A DNA stretch of 64,000 nucleotides from Bdellovibrionales bacterium (GCA_965199825.1 OZ241329.1:512001-576000); one strand, 5' to 3'; numbered from the stretch's first letter, positions 8,640 to 19,173 are shown. Numbers and translations are program-made. Notes: a model not told the origin generated them from the sequence alone.

Positions 8640-9827
8640 TTAGCCTACAAAAGACTGGATGCGGTCTAATGCTTCGGTCATCTTTTTTGAGTCGAGGGCA
8701 AAGCTCAGGCGCAAGTATCCATCTAGACCAAACTCGATCCCGGGGACGGCTGCGACCAAAGATTTTTCGAGCAGCAGACTGGCAAAAGTTTTTGAATCCT
8801 CAATCACCACACCATGAAGTGTTTTGCCAAAAAAACTACGAACATCAAGCCAAGCATAAAATGCTCCAGCTGGAGGATTCATCTGAAGGCCAGGGATTTG
8901 TGCGACTTTTGCAACAATCAGATCGCGACGCTTTTTTAACTCTTCGAGTGCTAAGCGATTGTCTTCGTCACATTTTTGTAAGCCCTCGACCATCGCATAT
9001 TGGGTAAAGGTTGCGGCACAGCTCACACTTTGACTTTGATAATTGGTCATCGCATCGATTAATTTTTGTGGACCAAGAGCCCAACCAATTCGCCAGCCCG
9101 TCATCGAATATGTTTTTGATCCGCCGTTAATGCAGATCACTCGCTCTTTGAGTTGCGGAGCCACTTGCAGTAAATGCGGCGCCATCTCACTGCCATCAAA
9201 AACCAAACGGTTATAAATATCATCGCTCAACACAAATACTTGAGGATGTTTTTCTAAAACGCGCGCCAGTTCTTTGAGTTCCTCGGCACTGTAGGTTTCG
9301 CCAGTAGGATTGCTCGGTGAACACAAAATCAGAAGCTTAGTGCTGGGAGTAATATATTTTTCTAAGAGCTCAGGTGTGAGTTTGAAGTTGGTTTCTGCAG
9401 GACACTCCGCAATCACAGGCAAACCACCCGCAAGCTCGGCCATCACAGGATAACTCACCCAATAAGGTGAAGGGATAATCACCTCATCACCGGGATCAAG
9501 CAGACATTGCAAAGCCGAAAAGATCACAAACTTTGCACCACTCGAAACGGTCACTGCCGAAGCTTTGTAACCCACACCCAATTCGTGCGACGCGCGTGCG
9601 GCCAAAATTTCTCGCAAAGGTAAAATTCCATTTGAGGGAGCGTATTTTGTTTCGCCCCGTTCGATCGCAGCGATCCCTGCTTTTTTAATCAGCGGATATG
9701 TGTCCCAATCGGGCTCGCCGACCGAGAGTGAAATCACATCTTGTCCTTGGCTTTTAAGCTCTTTGGCTTTGGCGTTGAGGGCAAGTGTGGGCGAAGGTTG
9801 AAGTGAGGCAGCTCTTTTAGAAAGCAT
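8640..9827 (-). CDS. aspC: Class I PLP-dependent aspartate aminotransferase
   Basis: GEPDW, SPSNPTG, SDDIY, SKTYSMTGWRIG. Confidence 0.85.
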   Translation of the reverse strand: MLSKRAASLQPSPTLALNAKAKELKSQGQDVISLSVGEPDWDTYPLIKKAGIAAIERGETKYAPSNGILPLREILAARASHELGVGYKASAVTVSSGAKFVIFSALQCLLDPGDEVIIPSPYWVSYPVMAELAGGLPVIAECPAETNFKLTPELLEKYITPSTKLLILCSPSNPTGETYSAEELKELARVLEKHPQVFVLSDDIYNRLVFDGSEMAPHLLQVAPQLKERVICINGGSKTYSMTGWRIGWALGPQKLIDAMTNYQSQSVSCAATFTQYAMVEGLQKCDEDNRLALEELKKRRDLIVAKVAQIPGLQMNPPAGAFYAWLDVRSFFGKTLHGVVIEDSKTFASLLLEKSLVAAVPGIEFGLDGYLRLSFALDSKKMTEALDRIQSFVG

Positions 9828-9831
9828 TGTC

Positions 9832-10308
9832 TTATCCTTTATTTATTTTTTTATGCAAAGCTTGCGCGACCGGCGGAGGGACTAGAGTTTTAAGATCACC
9901 GCCGAAACTTGCAATTTCTTTGACCATTCGTGAAGAGATATAACCGTATTCGGGTCGAGTAAATGTTATTAAGGTTTCAATCGTAGGTTCGAGTTTTTTA
10001 TTTGCAGCCGCGACCGCCGATTCGTATTCAAAATCTGACATCGCCCTTAATCCTCTTAGGATCACCTGAGCTCCAATGCTTTTTGCAAAATCGATCGTGA
10101 GGCCGTTATGAATTTGGACATCCACTTGGGGCAAGCAGGTTTTAATCAAAGCCATGCGCTCTTCTGATGTAAAAAGTGAATTTTTTGAGCTCGACTGGGC
10201 AACAACCACAGTAAGTTGATCATAAAGTGGCAATAGCCTCTCAATAAGATCGATATGACCAAAAGTGATGGGATCAAAGCTTCCCGGATAAATCGCTGTC
10301 CTGCGCAT
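9832..10308 (-). CDS. coaD: Pantetheine-phosphate adenylyltransferase
   Basis: YPGSFDPITFGH, RGLR..SDFEYE, ISSRMVKE. Start at MRRTAIY. Confidence 0.97.
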   Translation of the reverse strand: MRRTAIYPGSFDPITFGHIDLIERLLPLYDQLTVVVAQSSSKNSLFTSEERMALIKTCLPQVDVQIHNGLTIDFAKSIGAQVILRGLRAMSDFEYESAVAAANKKLEPTIETLITFTRPEYGYISSRMVKEIASFGGDLKTLVPPPVAQALHKKINKG

Positions 10309-10843
10309 AGAGCAAAAGATTTTTATCACCAAACAATCGACGATCCAAGAGTTTAAATGGCGGATAATGGTCAAGGGCTTGCTCTTTGATGGTGGCCTCG
10401 ATGGCGATCAAAGTCGATGCATGAAAAGTCTGGGGATTTTGGGCAATTGTTGAAAGCGCCTTATCGGCCCACTTGCGTGGAAAGGGCGGATCGACAAAGA
10501 TCACATCAAAAGTCTGCTCATTTTGTTTTATAAATTTAAAAGCATCATGGTGAACCACCCGATACTCAGTGGAAGGTATTTTTAAAAGATTTAAATTTTC
10601 TCTTAAGAGTTGAATCGATTTTTTATTGTCATCTACAAATGTGACATGCTCAGCACCGCGAGACAAAGCTTCGATACCTAAATTTCCGGTGCCCGAAAAA
10701 AGATCCAACACTTTTGTGTTTGGAATATCAAACATCAATTTGTTAAACAAAGTTTCTTTAACCTGATCAAGTGTTGGACGAATGTGTGGAAGTTGAAATG
10801 CCTTTAAGCGGCGGCCTTTAAAACGGCCTGAAATGATTCGCAT
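10274..10843 (-). CDS. rsmD: 16S rRNA m2G966 methyltransferase
   Basis: MRIISG..KGR, RPT, LDLFSGTG, EALSRGA, DPPF, upstream of coaD. Confidence 0.93.
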   Translation of the reverse strand: MRIISGRFKGRRLKAFQLPHIRPTLDQVKETLFNKLMFDIPNTKVLDLFSGTGNLGIEALSRGAEHVTFVDDNKKSIQLLRENLNLLKIPSTEYRVVHHDAFKFIKQNEQTFDVIFVDPPFPRKWADKALSTIAQNPQTFHASTLIAIEATIKEQALDHYPPFKLLDRRLFGDKNLLLYAQDSDLSGKL

Positions 10844-10856
10844 GGCGCAAGTCATC

Positions 10857-11210
10857 TCACAAAGCCAAAACTAATTCCTCACCTTTCGTAAACACTGAAA
10901 AAATATTATCAAATGGTTTAGGAATAAAAAGATCAGCCCCATTGAGAGTGTTGGGATCAAACTCGCCGGAGTATGCCGAAATCAAAACAACCTTTGCTGA
11001 AGTTTTTTCTTTTACCTTTTCAAGCACTTCGGGCCCGGTCATTCCTGGCATCAGCACATCCAAAAAAACCAAATCGGGCTGGGTTTCGATCCACATCTCC
11101 AAACCTTTTTGACCATCACAGGCATCAAAGGCTTCATGCCCCCGAATCTCTGCTGCTTTTTTTAGGGCTTTGCGGATTAAGAGTTCGTCGTCGATGATCA
11201 AAACTTTCAT
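10857..11210 (-). CDS. Single-domain response regulator (CheY-like)
   Basis: IIDDE, FLDVLMP, SA, PKPF. Confidence 0.93.
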   Translation of the reverse strand: MKVLIIDDELLIRKALKKAAEIRGHEAFDACDGQKGLEMWIETQPDLVFLDVLMPGMTGPEVLEKVKEKTSAKVVLISAYSGEFDPNTLNGADLFIPKPFDNIFSVFTKGEELVLAL

Positions 11211-13096
11211 TTCATTCCTACTTTTGGCAAACGCACAAAAAAAGTTGTTCCGGTTTGGTCGCTCACAAAATCGATTTTCCCTTGCGAGCTTTCAACCACC
11301 CGCTGGCACATGCTGAGGCCAAGGCCTGTTCCGCCGTTTAAGGGTTTGGTGGTAAAAAAAGGTTCAAACACTTTATGTTGAATATTTAATGGGATGCCTT
11401 TGCCCGTATCACTCACCATTAGTTCGGCATGAGCCCCTTTGTCATAAAGTGCAATCGTGATGGTGCCGCCCTCTTGCATGGCTTGGCAGGCGTTGACCAC
11501 CAAATTAAAAACCACTTGCTGCATCAGTTGTGCAGGTACGAGCACCATCAATGGATGTTCTGAAAATTTGATGTCGCTCAAAAATAAGCCCATCGCGGTT
11601 TTTAGCAATGGCAATGTGCGCTGAACCAAATCGTTAAAATCCACAATCATCACATCGGGATTTTGGCCTTTTGAAAACTCGAGCAGATTTTCGATAATTT
11701 TTTGGCAACGCCTTGCTGCCTTTTCAACTTCTCGAAGATCAGCCGCCAAAGTTCCATCCACACTTGTAAGTAAGATTTCGGTAAAGCTACAAATTCCTGA
11801 CAGAGGGTTATTGAGTTCGTGGGCAATATGACCCGCAAGATGACCGACTGCCACCATCTTTTCATTTTGAACCAGCTGACTTTGGAGCTCGATCGATTTT
11901 GTGACATCCACATAGTGATTTACAAAAGTTAAAGCTTCGTTTTCAAAAAAGATGGGATAGGTGTGCAAATCGTAAGTGCTGCCATTCCTTCGTACACGCC
12001 CCTCAGAAGAGGTTTGTTTTTTGAGTGCAAGCGGAAGCACACAGCCATCACAAGGCTCAGGGTTACCCGCAAAATGGATATGACATTTTTTGAGCGAGAC
12101 ATCCTCAGAAAAATGTCTGTTTGCCCGTAGCAACTGAAATTTATCGCTCACGATGGCAATTGGATCTTTAATGCCGTCAAAGGTTTGCTCCCACAACAGG
12201 CTTGTGCTCTTCAGCTCAGTGTCTGACAAAATGCGATCAAGAGTGAGGCTCAAAGCTTCAAGTCGAAAACTTAAAAATGTCACAAAGCGCTCGCACTGAG
12301 CCGAGTTTTTTGAGTGCTCAAAATACAATACCGCTTTACCGCCACACAAAGGCACAGAGACTAAGGGTCCCACCGGGCGCTGCATTTCGTTTGCTAGATA
12401 ATAACTATCGTCTTGAATCGAAATCCGAATATCGTCGGTATCGGCCCATGGGGATTTGCATTCCCTTTCCAACACCGCAACGCTTCTGAAGTAAAAAAGC
12501 CTGCGGCCTTGTTGAGGCACTTCGCAAGCCAAAATGGGCGAGCCCAAACGATGAAACGGCCTGACCTCTTTGCGCACAAGATTGAGCAGATCTTCGATTT
12601 CACGACAATGGGTCAATTCTTTTACAAACCGAATGAGCTCGTTGAGTTTAGCCAATTTATTTTCGATTTGGATTTTTGAGTCGGACACCACCCGTGTGCC
12701 TTGAAGGATGGCGTCTTGTAATCCGTCGGTCATTTCTTCGAGCTGATTGTTTTTGCCTCTCAGATCTTTGAGCAAAATGCGCCGCTCTTGCTCCTTATAA
12801 AATTCGGTTTCGGCAAGATTGATAATGCGCTCGACAGTTTCAAAATTATCTTTGGGTTCGATCACCTGAAAGAGCTCAACATCTTCAAAAGAAATATCAA
12901 GATTTTTGGGACTTAAATTGTTGGGTTCTGTGAGCCAGAGACGTTTGGCTTTAGGATATTTAATTTTTAAGTTTTTGAGATCTTCGAGCTCACTCGAAAT
13001 GACGGTGTGAGCTTTTGTGATGTCCTCGGTAAAATCGATTTTGGGCCAAAGCTTTGCCCATTCTTTTGTTTTACTATCCACTGCCGCAATCGCCAT
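11207..13096 (-). CDS. Sensor histidine kinase (PAS, HisKA, HATPase)
   Basis: AHELNNPL, NLVVNACQA, DTGKG, FFTTK, GTGLGL. Confidence 0.93.
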   Translation of the reverse strand: MAIAAVDSKTKEWAKLWPKIDFTEDITKAHTVISSELEDLKNLKIKYPKAKRLWLTEPNNLSPKNLDISFEDVELFQVIEPKDNFETVERIINLAETEFYKEQERRILLKDLRGKNNQLEEMTDGLQDAILQGTRVVSDSKIQIENKLAKLNELIRFVKELTHCREIEDLLNLVRKEVRPFHRLGSPILACEVPQQGRRLFYFRSVAVLERECKSPWADTDDIRISIQDDSYYLANEMQRPVGPLVSVPLCGGKAVLYFEHSKNSAQCERFVTFLSFRLEALSLTLDRILSDTELKSTSLLWEQTFDGIKDPIAIVSDKFQLLRANRHFSEDVSLKKCHIHFAGNPEPCDGCVLPLALKKQTSSEGRVRRNGSTYDLHTYPIFFENEALTFVNHYVDVTKSIELQSQLVQNEKMVAVGHLAGHIAHELNNPLSGICSFTEILLTSVDGTLAADLREVEKAARRCQKIIENLLEFSKGQNPDVMIVDFNDLVQRTLPLLKTAMGLFLSDIKFSEHPLMVLVPAQLMQQVVFNLVVNACQAMQEGGTITIALYDKGAHAELMVSDTGKGIPLNIQHKVFEPFFTTKPLNGGTGLGLSMCQRVVESSQGKIDFVSDQTGTTFFVRLPKVGMK

Positions 13097-13716
13097 TACG
13101 AGATGCTAGCACGGCCCTTAAAATTTGAAATCTGTTGAAAAACCAATTCCAGGACGTTCGTCAGTTCGTACTCAAGTAAATCTGCAAGAAGGGCCCGATC
13201 TTTTTTTTCGTAACCAGTAAGAATCGATTTGATGGCGTCGCGGTATTGAGTTTCGACTTCGGTGGTAATGGCATCCGGGTACTGCACCTTTAGAACATGT
13301 GCGACGTCGGTGAGATAGCGACACATCTCGAGCAGCTCAGAAAATGCTTGATGAGTCTGCTCCATCTCTTTTAATCGAAAATCCTCGGCCGCCTCAACAC
13401 ACTTTTCGCTAATCATCGGAATCAGGTGAAGAACATCTTGCAATGTGTTGCGCATCAAAACATGAGGATGCTCGCTGTTCACCGAAAACTCGGTGATATC
13501 AGGGAGAAGCACCTCATTTTTTTCGTCATGAGTCAGACCATTTACAAAAATCTCACACACCACGTGACCTTGCGACCAAAGAATTTTTTCGGCCTGGGCA
13601 ATGACCTCTTTGATCGATTGGCAGTGACCAAAGGTCTCCGAGAATTCAGACTGCCGCCAATGGTGCATTCCCATGCTCTGCTCCCTTATGCAAAAGATCA
13701 ACCGCACCACACTCAC
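13096..13716 (-). CDS. Hypothetical protein in the flagellar glycosylation cluster
   Basis: Helical ORF ending D..LLADLLEYEL. The true start is probably downstream (MGM/MHHW). Confidence 0.6.
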   Translation of the reverse strand: MSVVRLIFCIREQSMGMHHWRQSEFSETFGHCQSIKEVIAQAEKILWSQGHVVCEIFVNGLTHDEKNEVLLPDITEFSVNSEHPHVLMRNTLQDVLHLIPMISEKCVEAAEDFRLKEMEQTHQAFSELLEMCRYLTDVAHVLKVQYPDAITTEVETQYRDAIKSILTGYEKKDRALLADLLEYELTNVLELVFQQISNFKGRASIS

Positions 13717-15037
13717 AGATATTTAAAACTTTTTTGTAAACGTTTTGTGTGGATAACAAAAGATCGGTAAAGCTTTGTGGTTTTATCCGCATCAATTCAA
13801 CCTGATACCAGCGTTTGATCACATCGAGCTGGGGCTCAAGCTGACAGATGGTCAAAAATAATTCGTCGACCTGCTGCAAAATCAAACGGGGCTCTGGAGC
13901 ATGAGGATTTTTTATCAGCGAGGTGCATTGCTCGAGCGCCAGCTCGAGAACCTCGGTCAATCTTAAATAAGCAGTGCTCATTTGTGATGTGTTCGAAATC
14001 GGAAACGGACTATTAAAATAAATCGCTTCGATCACTTGAAGTGCGTATGACTTTTTTTGATCTGCAAAATTCTGTGGCTCATTGTTGATTTCGGCTTTAA
14101 CCGTCTCGATGAGATGTTGCAGATTTAAAAATTCGGGCTCATCCGAAAATACCAACCGGCTGCGCTCGGTCCACGGTCCAGTTTCATAACTGTTTACGGT
14201 CGAAAAACTCAAATTCACAATCGGAGTGTTGGTTAAACTCGCCATGTGAATAAAAACACTGTCTGGCGCAATCAACAAATCCGATTGATTTAAAATATCA
14301 AAATTATCTTGGAGCTCGAGTTGGCCTGCAAAACTGATTGTGTGATCACGCATCAATTGGGCAATCTTGGGCTCGTCTTCTTTGCTACCGAGTAACACCA
14401 CTTGATACTCATCTAGTGCATCAATCACCCGACCCCATTGAGTCACAGATAATGATTTATCTGAGCGACTGGCAAAGGGCTGGATCGCGATGATCTTTTT
14501 GTCGGTTAAAATGCGATGACGGCGCTCTACCAATGGAATCTCAAAATCTTGTGGTTCGAGATCAAGGCCGCAGGTCGCCCCAAAAATTTTGAGTAAATGA
14601 ATTTGGTTTTCTGATCCAACTCCACCTTGCGCCATAAAATAGGCCGAGATGTCGTCCACCGGATGAAGTTGTCCATCACTGTGGCGCGAGTAGCCCACCA
14701 CATCGGTCTCATTATTTGAGAGCATGTGAGTGATGTAACTCGACAGCGGCGAATAGGTCAGATTGATAACCTTATCGCAACCATAGAGTGGCATGAGTTG
14801 TTGATCCATCGCCTTTAAAGCAGCGTTTTGATCGCCCTTTAAAGCGGGAGCTAAGATTTCGCCGGTATCAAAAATATGAACCGCATCGATCTCTAATCCT
14901 TTCGCAGCCTCTGCAAAACGCTTACGCACCACAAGCTCGATTGAAGCTTGGGGATATTTGCGTTTGAGTCCTTTAAGAACTGGCCACGTCAGATAGATGT
15001 CACCGAGTCGGGCGAGCTGCAGAACCAGAATTCGCAT
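13646..15037 (-). CDS. Glycosyltransferase family 9 (heptosyltransferase-like) with C-terminal extension
   Basis: ILVLQLARLGD, QPFAS..K, DS..IH.A. Confidence 0.85.
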   Translation of the reverse strand: MRILVLQLARLGDIYLTWPVLKGLKRKYPQASIELVVRKRFAEAAKGLEIDAVHIFDTGEILAPALKGDQNAALKAMDQQLMPLYGCDKVINLTYSPLSSYITHMLSNNETDVVGYSRHSDGQLHPVDDISAYFMAQGGVGSENQIHLLKIFGATCGLDLEPQDFEIPLVERRHRILTDKKIIAIQPFASRSDKSLSVTQWGRVIDALDEYQVVLLGSKEDEPKIAQLMRDHTISFAGQLELQDNFDILNQSDLLIAPDSVFIHMASLTNTPIVNLSFSTVNSYETGPWTERSRLVFSDEPEFLNLQHLIETVKAEINNEPQNFADQKKSYALQVIEAIYFNSPFPISNTSQMSTAYLRLTEVLELALEQCTSLIKNPHAPEPRLILQQVDELFLTICQLEPQLDVIKRWYQVELMRIKPQSFTDLLLSTQNVYKKVLNICECGAVDLLHKGAEHGNAPLAAV

Positions 15038-15179
15038 AGACCACCTGTTCTTTAATAATTTCTTCGAGAGTTTTTAATCGTTCCGCATCTTTGTTGTAGC
15101 CTTGGGTCGCGATAATTTTATCTGACGACTCCTCAAGCTTTTCTAAAAAAAATGTGAGGTTCTGTTCTTTTTCGCTCAT
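15000..15179 (-). CDS. Small hypothetical protein (59 aa, MSEKEQNLTFFLEKLEE...)
   Basis: Manual ORF below the track threshold. Fills the gap between the GT9 genes, ATG overlaps the upstream stop, preceded by AGGAG. Confidence 0.5.
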   Translation of the reverse strand: MSEKEQNLTFFLEKLEESSDKIIATQGYNKDAERLKTLEEIIKEQVVYANSGSAARPTR

Positions 15180-16765
15180 AACGTTTGCTCCTGTTTTGCG
15201 GGAATATTTCGCACAAGTTTAAGTTGAATATCACTTTTACGTTCCACATCGGCCAAAGCCATTTGTAGCCGCCTTAAAGATAATAGATTGCGATCTTTGA
15301 TGTCTTCGATGCGATGACTCGCAGACAAATCGCATTCTTTTAAAAGCTCCTGCACTTGACCAACAAATTTTCCGATCGATTTTTTTTCGCCCAGTTGCAT
15401 CTGAAATTCCATCTTTAGTCTTTTGACTTTATCGATTTGCAAAACAAGTCGGGTCTCGAGCTGCTCGACCGTTGAGAGTGAAACATCCTGGTCAAGCCCC
15501 TGATGAAAATCAAGACAGGCCGAACCCATTTGCAAATGCTGCTCTTCGTGGTGCACCGAAAAAGAAAGTCGTAAGGCCGACTTCAATAAGGCCTTTTCGA
15601 CATCGAGTACGGGCGAGTCGATATTGAGCGCAGCCCAATAGCCTTGACCGGTGATTACGGTTTTTGAAAGCTGAAATTGATGAGAATATTTATTTGCGAT
15701 TGCCTTTAATTGATCATCATCTTGATCCAAGATCGCAACCGCAATGTCTGATACCACTTCAGGAGTAAAGCTGAGGCTGCAAAAATGACTGACCTTTTCG
15801 CACGCACTCACATGAGAACATGGCGCACATTCGGCAAGACTTTGGAGGATAAATCCTTTATCGCGGTAAAATCCGGTTTTGCTGGGCTCGCTACTGCCTA
15901 AGGCCAATTCCAAAACTTTGGTTTTTGTTGCAGCAGCCAAATGTTTGGTTGCGGTATCCAGAGTCAAAAAGAATTCGGCACCATGAATCGCGCTGAGCGC
16001 ACCTTCAAGACTGAGAGTCACAAAGGATGCGCGTGAGCCTAAGGCTTTTAGTTTTTGTTGCAGATCAAATAGCGCATCGGATTCAAACGGCGCACCCATC
16101 ACCACAAACGAAAGCTCTGGGCGCTTTTTTTCGAGATTCAAAATTGTTTGGAGCAACTGGGGCACGAGCCATTGTTTTTTTGTGTCGCTCGAAAAGGGCT
16201 GAATCAAAAAAACCGATGACAGATTTTTTTGATGTTCATGCCATTCGGCTCGACCCTTTGAAGTTTCCTGCAAAAAAGTACGGCCCAAACTTTTCTTTTC
16301 ACCTAAGCTAAATTGAAAAAGATCGGCATAGTGAAAATGACTTTCCTTATGTTGGGACACGTCGTTGAGATATCTAAACCATGGCGAATTGAAGCGCGAA
16401 TCGCTATTGAATTTAAGACCAATCGTGTGTTGTCCCTGGATCAACGAAGTCAAATGACCCGAAAGCTGATTGTGAGTGACGTTGACAACAAGATCATAAT
16501 TTTGTTTTTTTAAAGTCTGAACAAGTTGATTCAATCGATCATAGGCTTCAAACATCGGTCGATGAGGTTCGACCAAAGCTTTTTCAATCGCTTTTCTATC
16601 GAGAAGATGAACATGATTCACATCGATCAACAGTGGTTTTAAATTTTCAAACTGTTTGTTGATGAGTAAATCAACGCTATACCCTTTTTGTTTGAGGGCT
16701 CTGATGGTGGGTGTCGCCATGACTACATCACCCAATCTTAATAGACTTACCACTAATGCTTTCAT
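15176..16765 (-). CDS. Glycosyltransferase family 9 with C-terminal extension
   Basis: MKALVVSLLRLGD, QPFSS..KQW, DT..KHLAAA, C.PC. Confidence 0.85.
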   Translation of the reverse strand: MKALVVSLLRLGDVVMATPTIRALKQKGYSVDLLINKQFENLKPLLIDVNHVHLLDRKAIEKALVEPHRPMFEAYDRLNQLVQTLKKQNYDLVVNVTHNQLSGHLTSLIQGQHTIGLKFNSDSRFNSPWFRYLNDVSQHKESHFHYADLFQFSLGEKKSLGRTFLQETSKGRAEWHEHQKNLSSVFLIQPFSSDTKKQWLVPQLLQTILNLEKKRPELSFVVMGAPFESDALFDLQQKLKALGSRASFVTLSLEGALSAIHGAEFFLTLDTATKHLAAATKTKVLELALGSSEPSKTGFYRDKGFILQSLAECAPCSHVSACEKVSHFCSLSFTPEVVSDIAVAILDQDDDQLKAIANKYSHQFQLSKTVITGQGYWAALNIDSPVLDVEKALLKSALRLSFSVHHEEQHLQMGSACLDFHQGLDQDVSLSTVEQLETRLVLQIDKVKRLKMEFQMQLGEKKSIGKFVGQVQELLKECDLSASHRIEDIKDRNLLSLRRLQMALADVERKSDIQLKLVRNIPAKQEQTL

Positions 16766-17385
16766 TTTATAAACCCGGTGAGACAATTTAAAATCGAGGC
16801 GGCTTCGGTGTGCTGCTGGCCTTCTTCGATAGAGGAGGCTAAATCTTTGATCGAGAGCAAATAACGATCGCTTAAAAAAACTTTTTTAAGATCCAAGATA
16901 TTCCAAAGGTCAGTTCTTAATCGCAGTTGATATTGAAGGCCCAATCTTTCGCGTGCCACTAAATAGTTTTTAAGCGATTCGTAATTGTCACTGTCAAGAG
17001 CGGTGGCGGATTTAAAATCCACCACACAATAGATTTGTGACAACGCTTTTTGGAGACGTGAGGATTTGTTGATTTCACTTACACTGCCAGTAATGATCTG
17101 AGCACTCGCCAGATCAAGCCGATGAAAGGCCATCACTTGATGAGCCAATTGGTCGTTAAGCTCAAGAACGATTAATTTTTTTTGGGGAAATCTCTTTAAG
17201 ATTTCAACCGCGTGATAGCCCGAACCCAATCCTAAAAGAACGATCGTCTGGGTATTTGCGAAATCTTCGGAGTGAAACTCAACCCATGATTTGGCTTCCT
17301 TCACCGGATCAAAGCGCGAGCATAACAGGCGCTCATCCAATTTAAAAACAGGAACTCCGGTTTGGCTTAACACTTGTGAAATCAA
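16762..17385 (-). CDS. Protein resembling the N-terminal domain of motility accessory factors (Maf)
   Basis: L.SRFDP.KEA..W and LLGLGSGYH motifs, next to the flagellin genes. Confidence 0.55.
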   Translation of the reverse strand: MISQVLSQTGVPVFKLDERLLCSRFDPVKEAKSWVEFHSEDFANTQTIVLLGLGSGYHAVEILKRFPQKKLIVLELNDQLAHQVMAFHRLDLASAQIITGSVSEINKSSRLQKALSQIYCVVDFKSATALDSDNYESLKNYLVARERLGLQYQLRLRTDLWNILDLKKVFLSDRYLLSIKDLASSIEEGQQHTEAASILNCLTGFIK

Positions 17386-18191
17386 GGCTGAGAGCCCTTG
17401 ATTTTTTTGGCGATTTCTTTTTCGAGCTCAGCCACTCCGGTTTTATCAAACGGAAGTTCTTTTAAAATATTTTGGGCATGCTCGAAAGCTCCAAGATCAA
17501 AAAGCATTTGGGCATGAACCAAACGCCATGTTGGAGTCATTGGTTTGATCGAATTTGATGAACTAAAAATATCGCAAGCTAATGGCAATCGACCATCGCG
17601 ATAGGCCCACTCGACCAAAAGTTGGAGTGTGGTGATTTCGGTTGAATCAATACTCAAACTTTCTTTGAGGTTGGCCCAAGCCAAATCACTGTCGCCATGT
17701 TGCTGGTGTACGAGACTTAATCCCAACCAAGCTTTGGCGTTTTGTCTGTTGAGTTTTAAACTTTGGCGAAAGCGATCCTTGGCTTGATCTAAATCCCCGC
17801 GTTTGAGTTCAAGAGTTGCGATATTGACCATCAGCGCATCGCTTAATGGATTGAGCGCAAAGGCCTTTAAGTAATTTTCTTCGGCAGCATCGACGTCATT
17901 AAGATTTAAATAGAGGTTGCCAATATTTTTATAGATCTCAAACAACGCTGACGTCTGGCCACGACACTGCGCCATTTGTCTAAAATAAAGTTGCAGCGCT
18001 TCGGCATTGCGATTTTCAACAATAAAGACTTGAGCCCACTCGACCAACGTTGAAACAAGCGGCTTCATTTCAAACGCAAGTTGATAGTACTGAACACTAT
18101 CAGAATATCTTTTTAATTTTTTTTGAGCTCTTGCCATAGACAAGAGAGCTTCGAGATCACGAACTTGTTCAGAATCAAAATCTACATTCAT
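17382..18191 (-). CDS. TPR protein
   Basis: Multiple TPR repeats. Start reassigned to MNVDF (18191) because a sigma54 promoter overlaps the longer start. Confidence 0.8.
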   Translation of the reverse strand: MNVDFDSEQVRDLEALLSMARAQKKLKRYSDSVQYYQLAFEMKPLVSTLVEWAQVFIVENRNAEALQLYFRQMAQCRGQTSALFEIYKNIGNLYLNLNDVDAAEENYLKAFALNPLSDALMVNIATLELKRGDLDQAKDRFRQSLKLNRQNAKAWLGLSLVHQQHGDSDLAWANLKESLSIDSTEITTLQLLVEWAYRDGRLPLACDIFSSSNSIKPMTPTWRLVHAQMLFDLGAFEHAQNILKELPFDKTGVAELEKEIAKKIKGSQP

Positions 18192-18218
18192 AATTTGCCC
18201 CACCCCATAAGTTCTAGG

Positions 18219-18234
18219 AGCAATCATGATGCCA
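18219..18234 (-). promoter_or_regulatory. Sigma54 promoter TGGCATCATGATTGCT
   Basis: GG-N10-GC, near-consensus, upstream of the TPR/Maf-like/GT9 genes. Confidence 0.75.
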
Positions 18235-18315
18235 TAATCAAAACTGGTTTATTTTGTTCTTAGCAAAAAATTGAGTCGAGATTTTGACTCTCGACTATCA
18301 GCAATCGCCAAAAAA

Positions 18316-18741
18316 TTAAACTTCCTCGTCAAAGGTTGAGTCTGCATTTTTTGATTTGTAAGCCGAAACAACTTTTCGAGTGGAGCGCACTTGACTGAGC
18401 TCACGAATAATATTTGATTTTGCACTTTCGATAAGCGAAAGAATCTGAAGATCCTGTCCCAAAATCTCGGTGACTAAATCATTTTTGCTATTCAAAGCTT
18501 TCAAGATATCTCTTTTGTACTGATCTTGAATACTGACCTTGGTCTCCATACCGACCTGCATGTCGTCAATCGACACATCTACAAACCGAATCATTTCGAG
18601 CAAAGCTTCGCGCGAATTATAAAATCGCTCAAGATTTTCAAAGCTTCCGGTCGAGAAGTTTTTAAGTTCTTCATGGTTCAGATCCTTGAACGCCTGAAGA
18701 TGCTGATTCTTCTCTTCTAATAAATCTACTATTCTTTCCAC
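18316..18741 (-). CDS. Flagellar export chaperone-like protein (FlgN/FliT-like)
   Basis: Helical 141-aa ORF directly after fliS. Confidence 0.55.
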   Translation of the reverse strand: MERIVDLLEEKNQHLQAFKDLNHEELKNFSTGSFENLERFYNSREALLEMIRFVDVSIDDMQVGMETKVSIQDQYKRDILKALNSKNDLVTEILGQDLQILSLIESAKSNIIRELSQVRSTRKVVSAYKSKNADSTFDEEV

Positions 18742-18761
18742 AAAACCCTCCTTGGTTTTTT

Positions 18762-19142
18762 TTAAAGTTCTTTTTTAAGTTTTTGAATGGCCTCAGCCCA
18801 ACCCTGATACAAGGTCTCTAAAATCTTGAGAGCCTCGATCAAAGGTTGCGCATCGTTCTTGATATTTCCTTGAGTCAAGCGATCGGTAATAAACATATAG
18901 AGCTGCTCGAGATTTTTTGAGATATCGCCACCCACCTTGTGATCCAAGGTGTTGTTGAGCTCCATCACGATATCGTAAGCACGGCCCACATTTTCGCCAC
19001 GAGTTGCGATATCTTTTTGCTCAATTGCTATAAGTGCTTTTTTGATAAACTTGATTGCACCTTCATAGAGCATCAACAAAATCTTTTCGCGACTTGCGGT
19101 TTGCACAGCTTGGTTCTGATATTTTTGGTAAACGTTTTTCAA
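18762..19142 (-). CDS. fliS: Flagellin chaperone FliS
   Basis: TAS..K.LLMLYEGAI, L...LD...GG.I..NL..LY.F. Confidence 0.95.
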   Translation of the reverse strand: MKNVYQKYQNQAVQTASREKILLMLYEGAIKFIKKALIAIEQKDIATRGENVGRAYDIVMELNNTLDHKVGGDISKNLEQLYMFITDRLTQGNIKNDAQPLIEALKILETLYQGWAEAIQKLKKEL

Positions 19143-19173
19143 TTCGGCTCCCGTTTGAGATTAAACTTCATAA

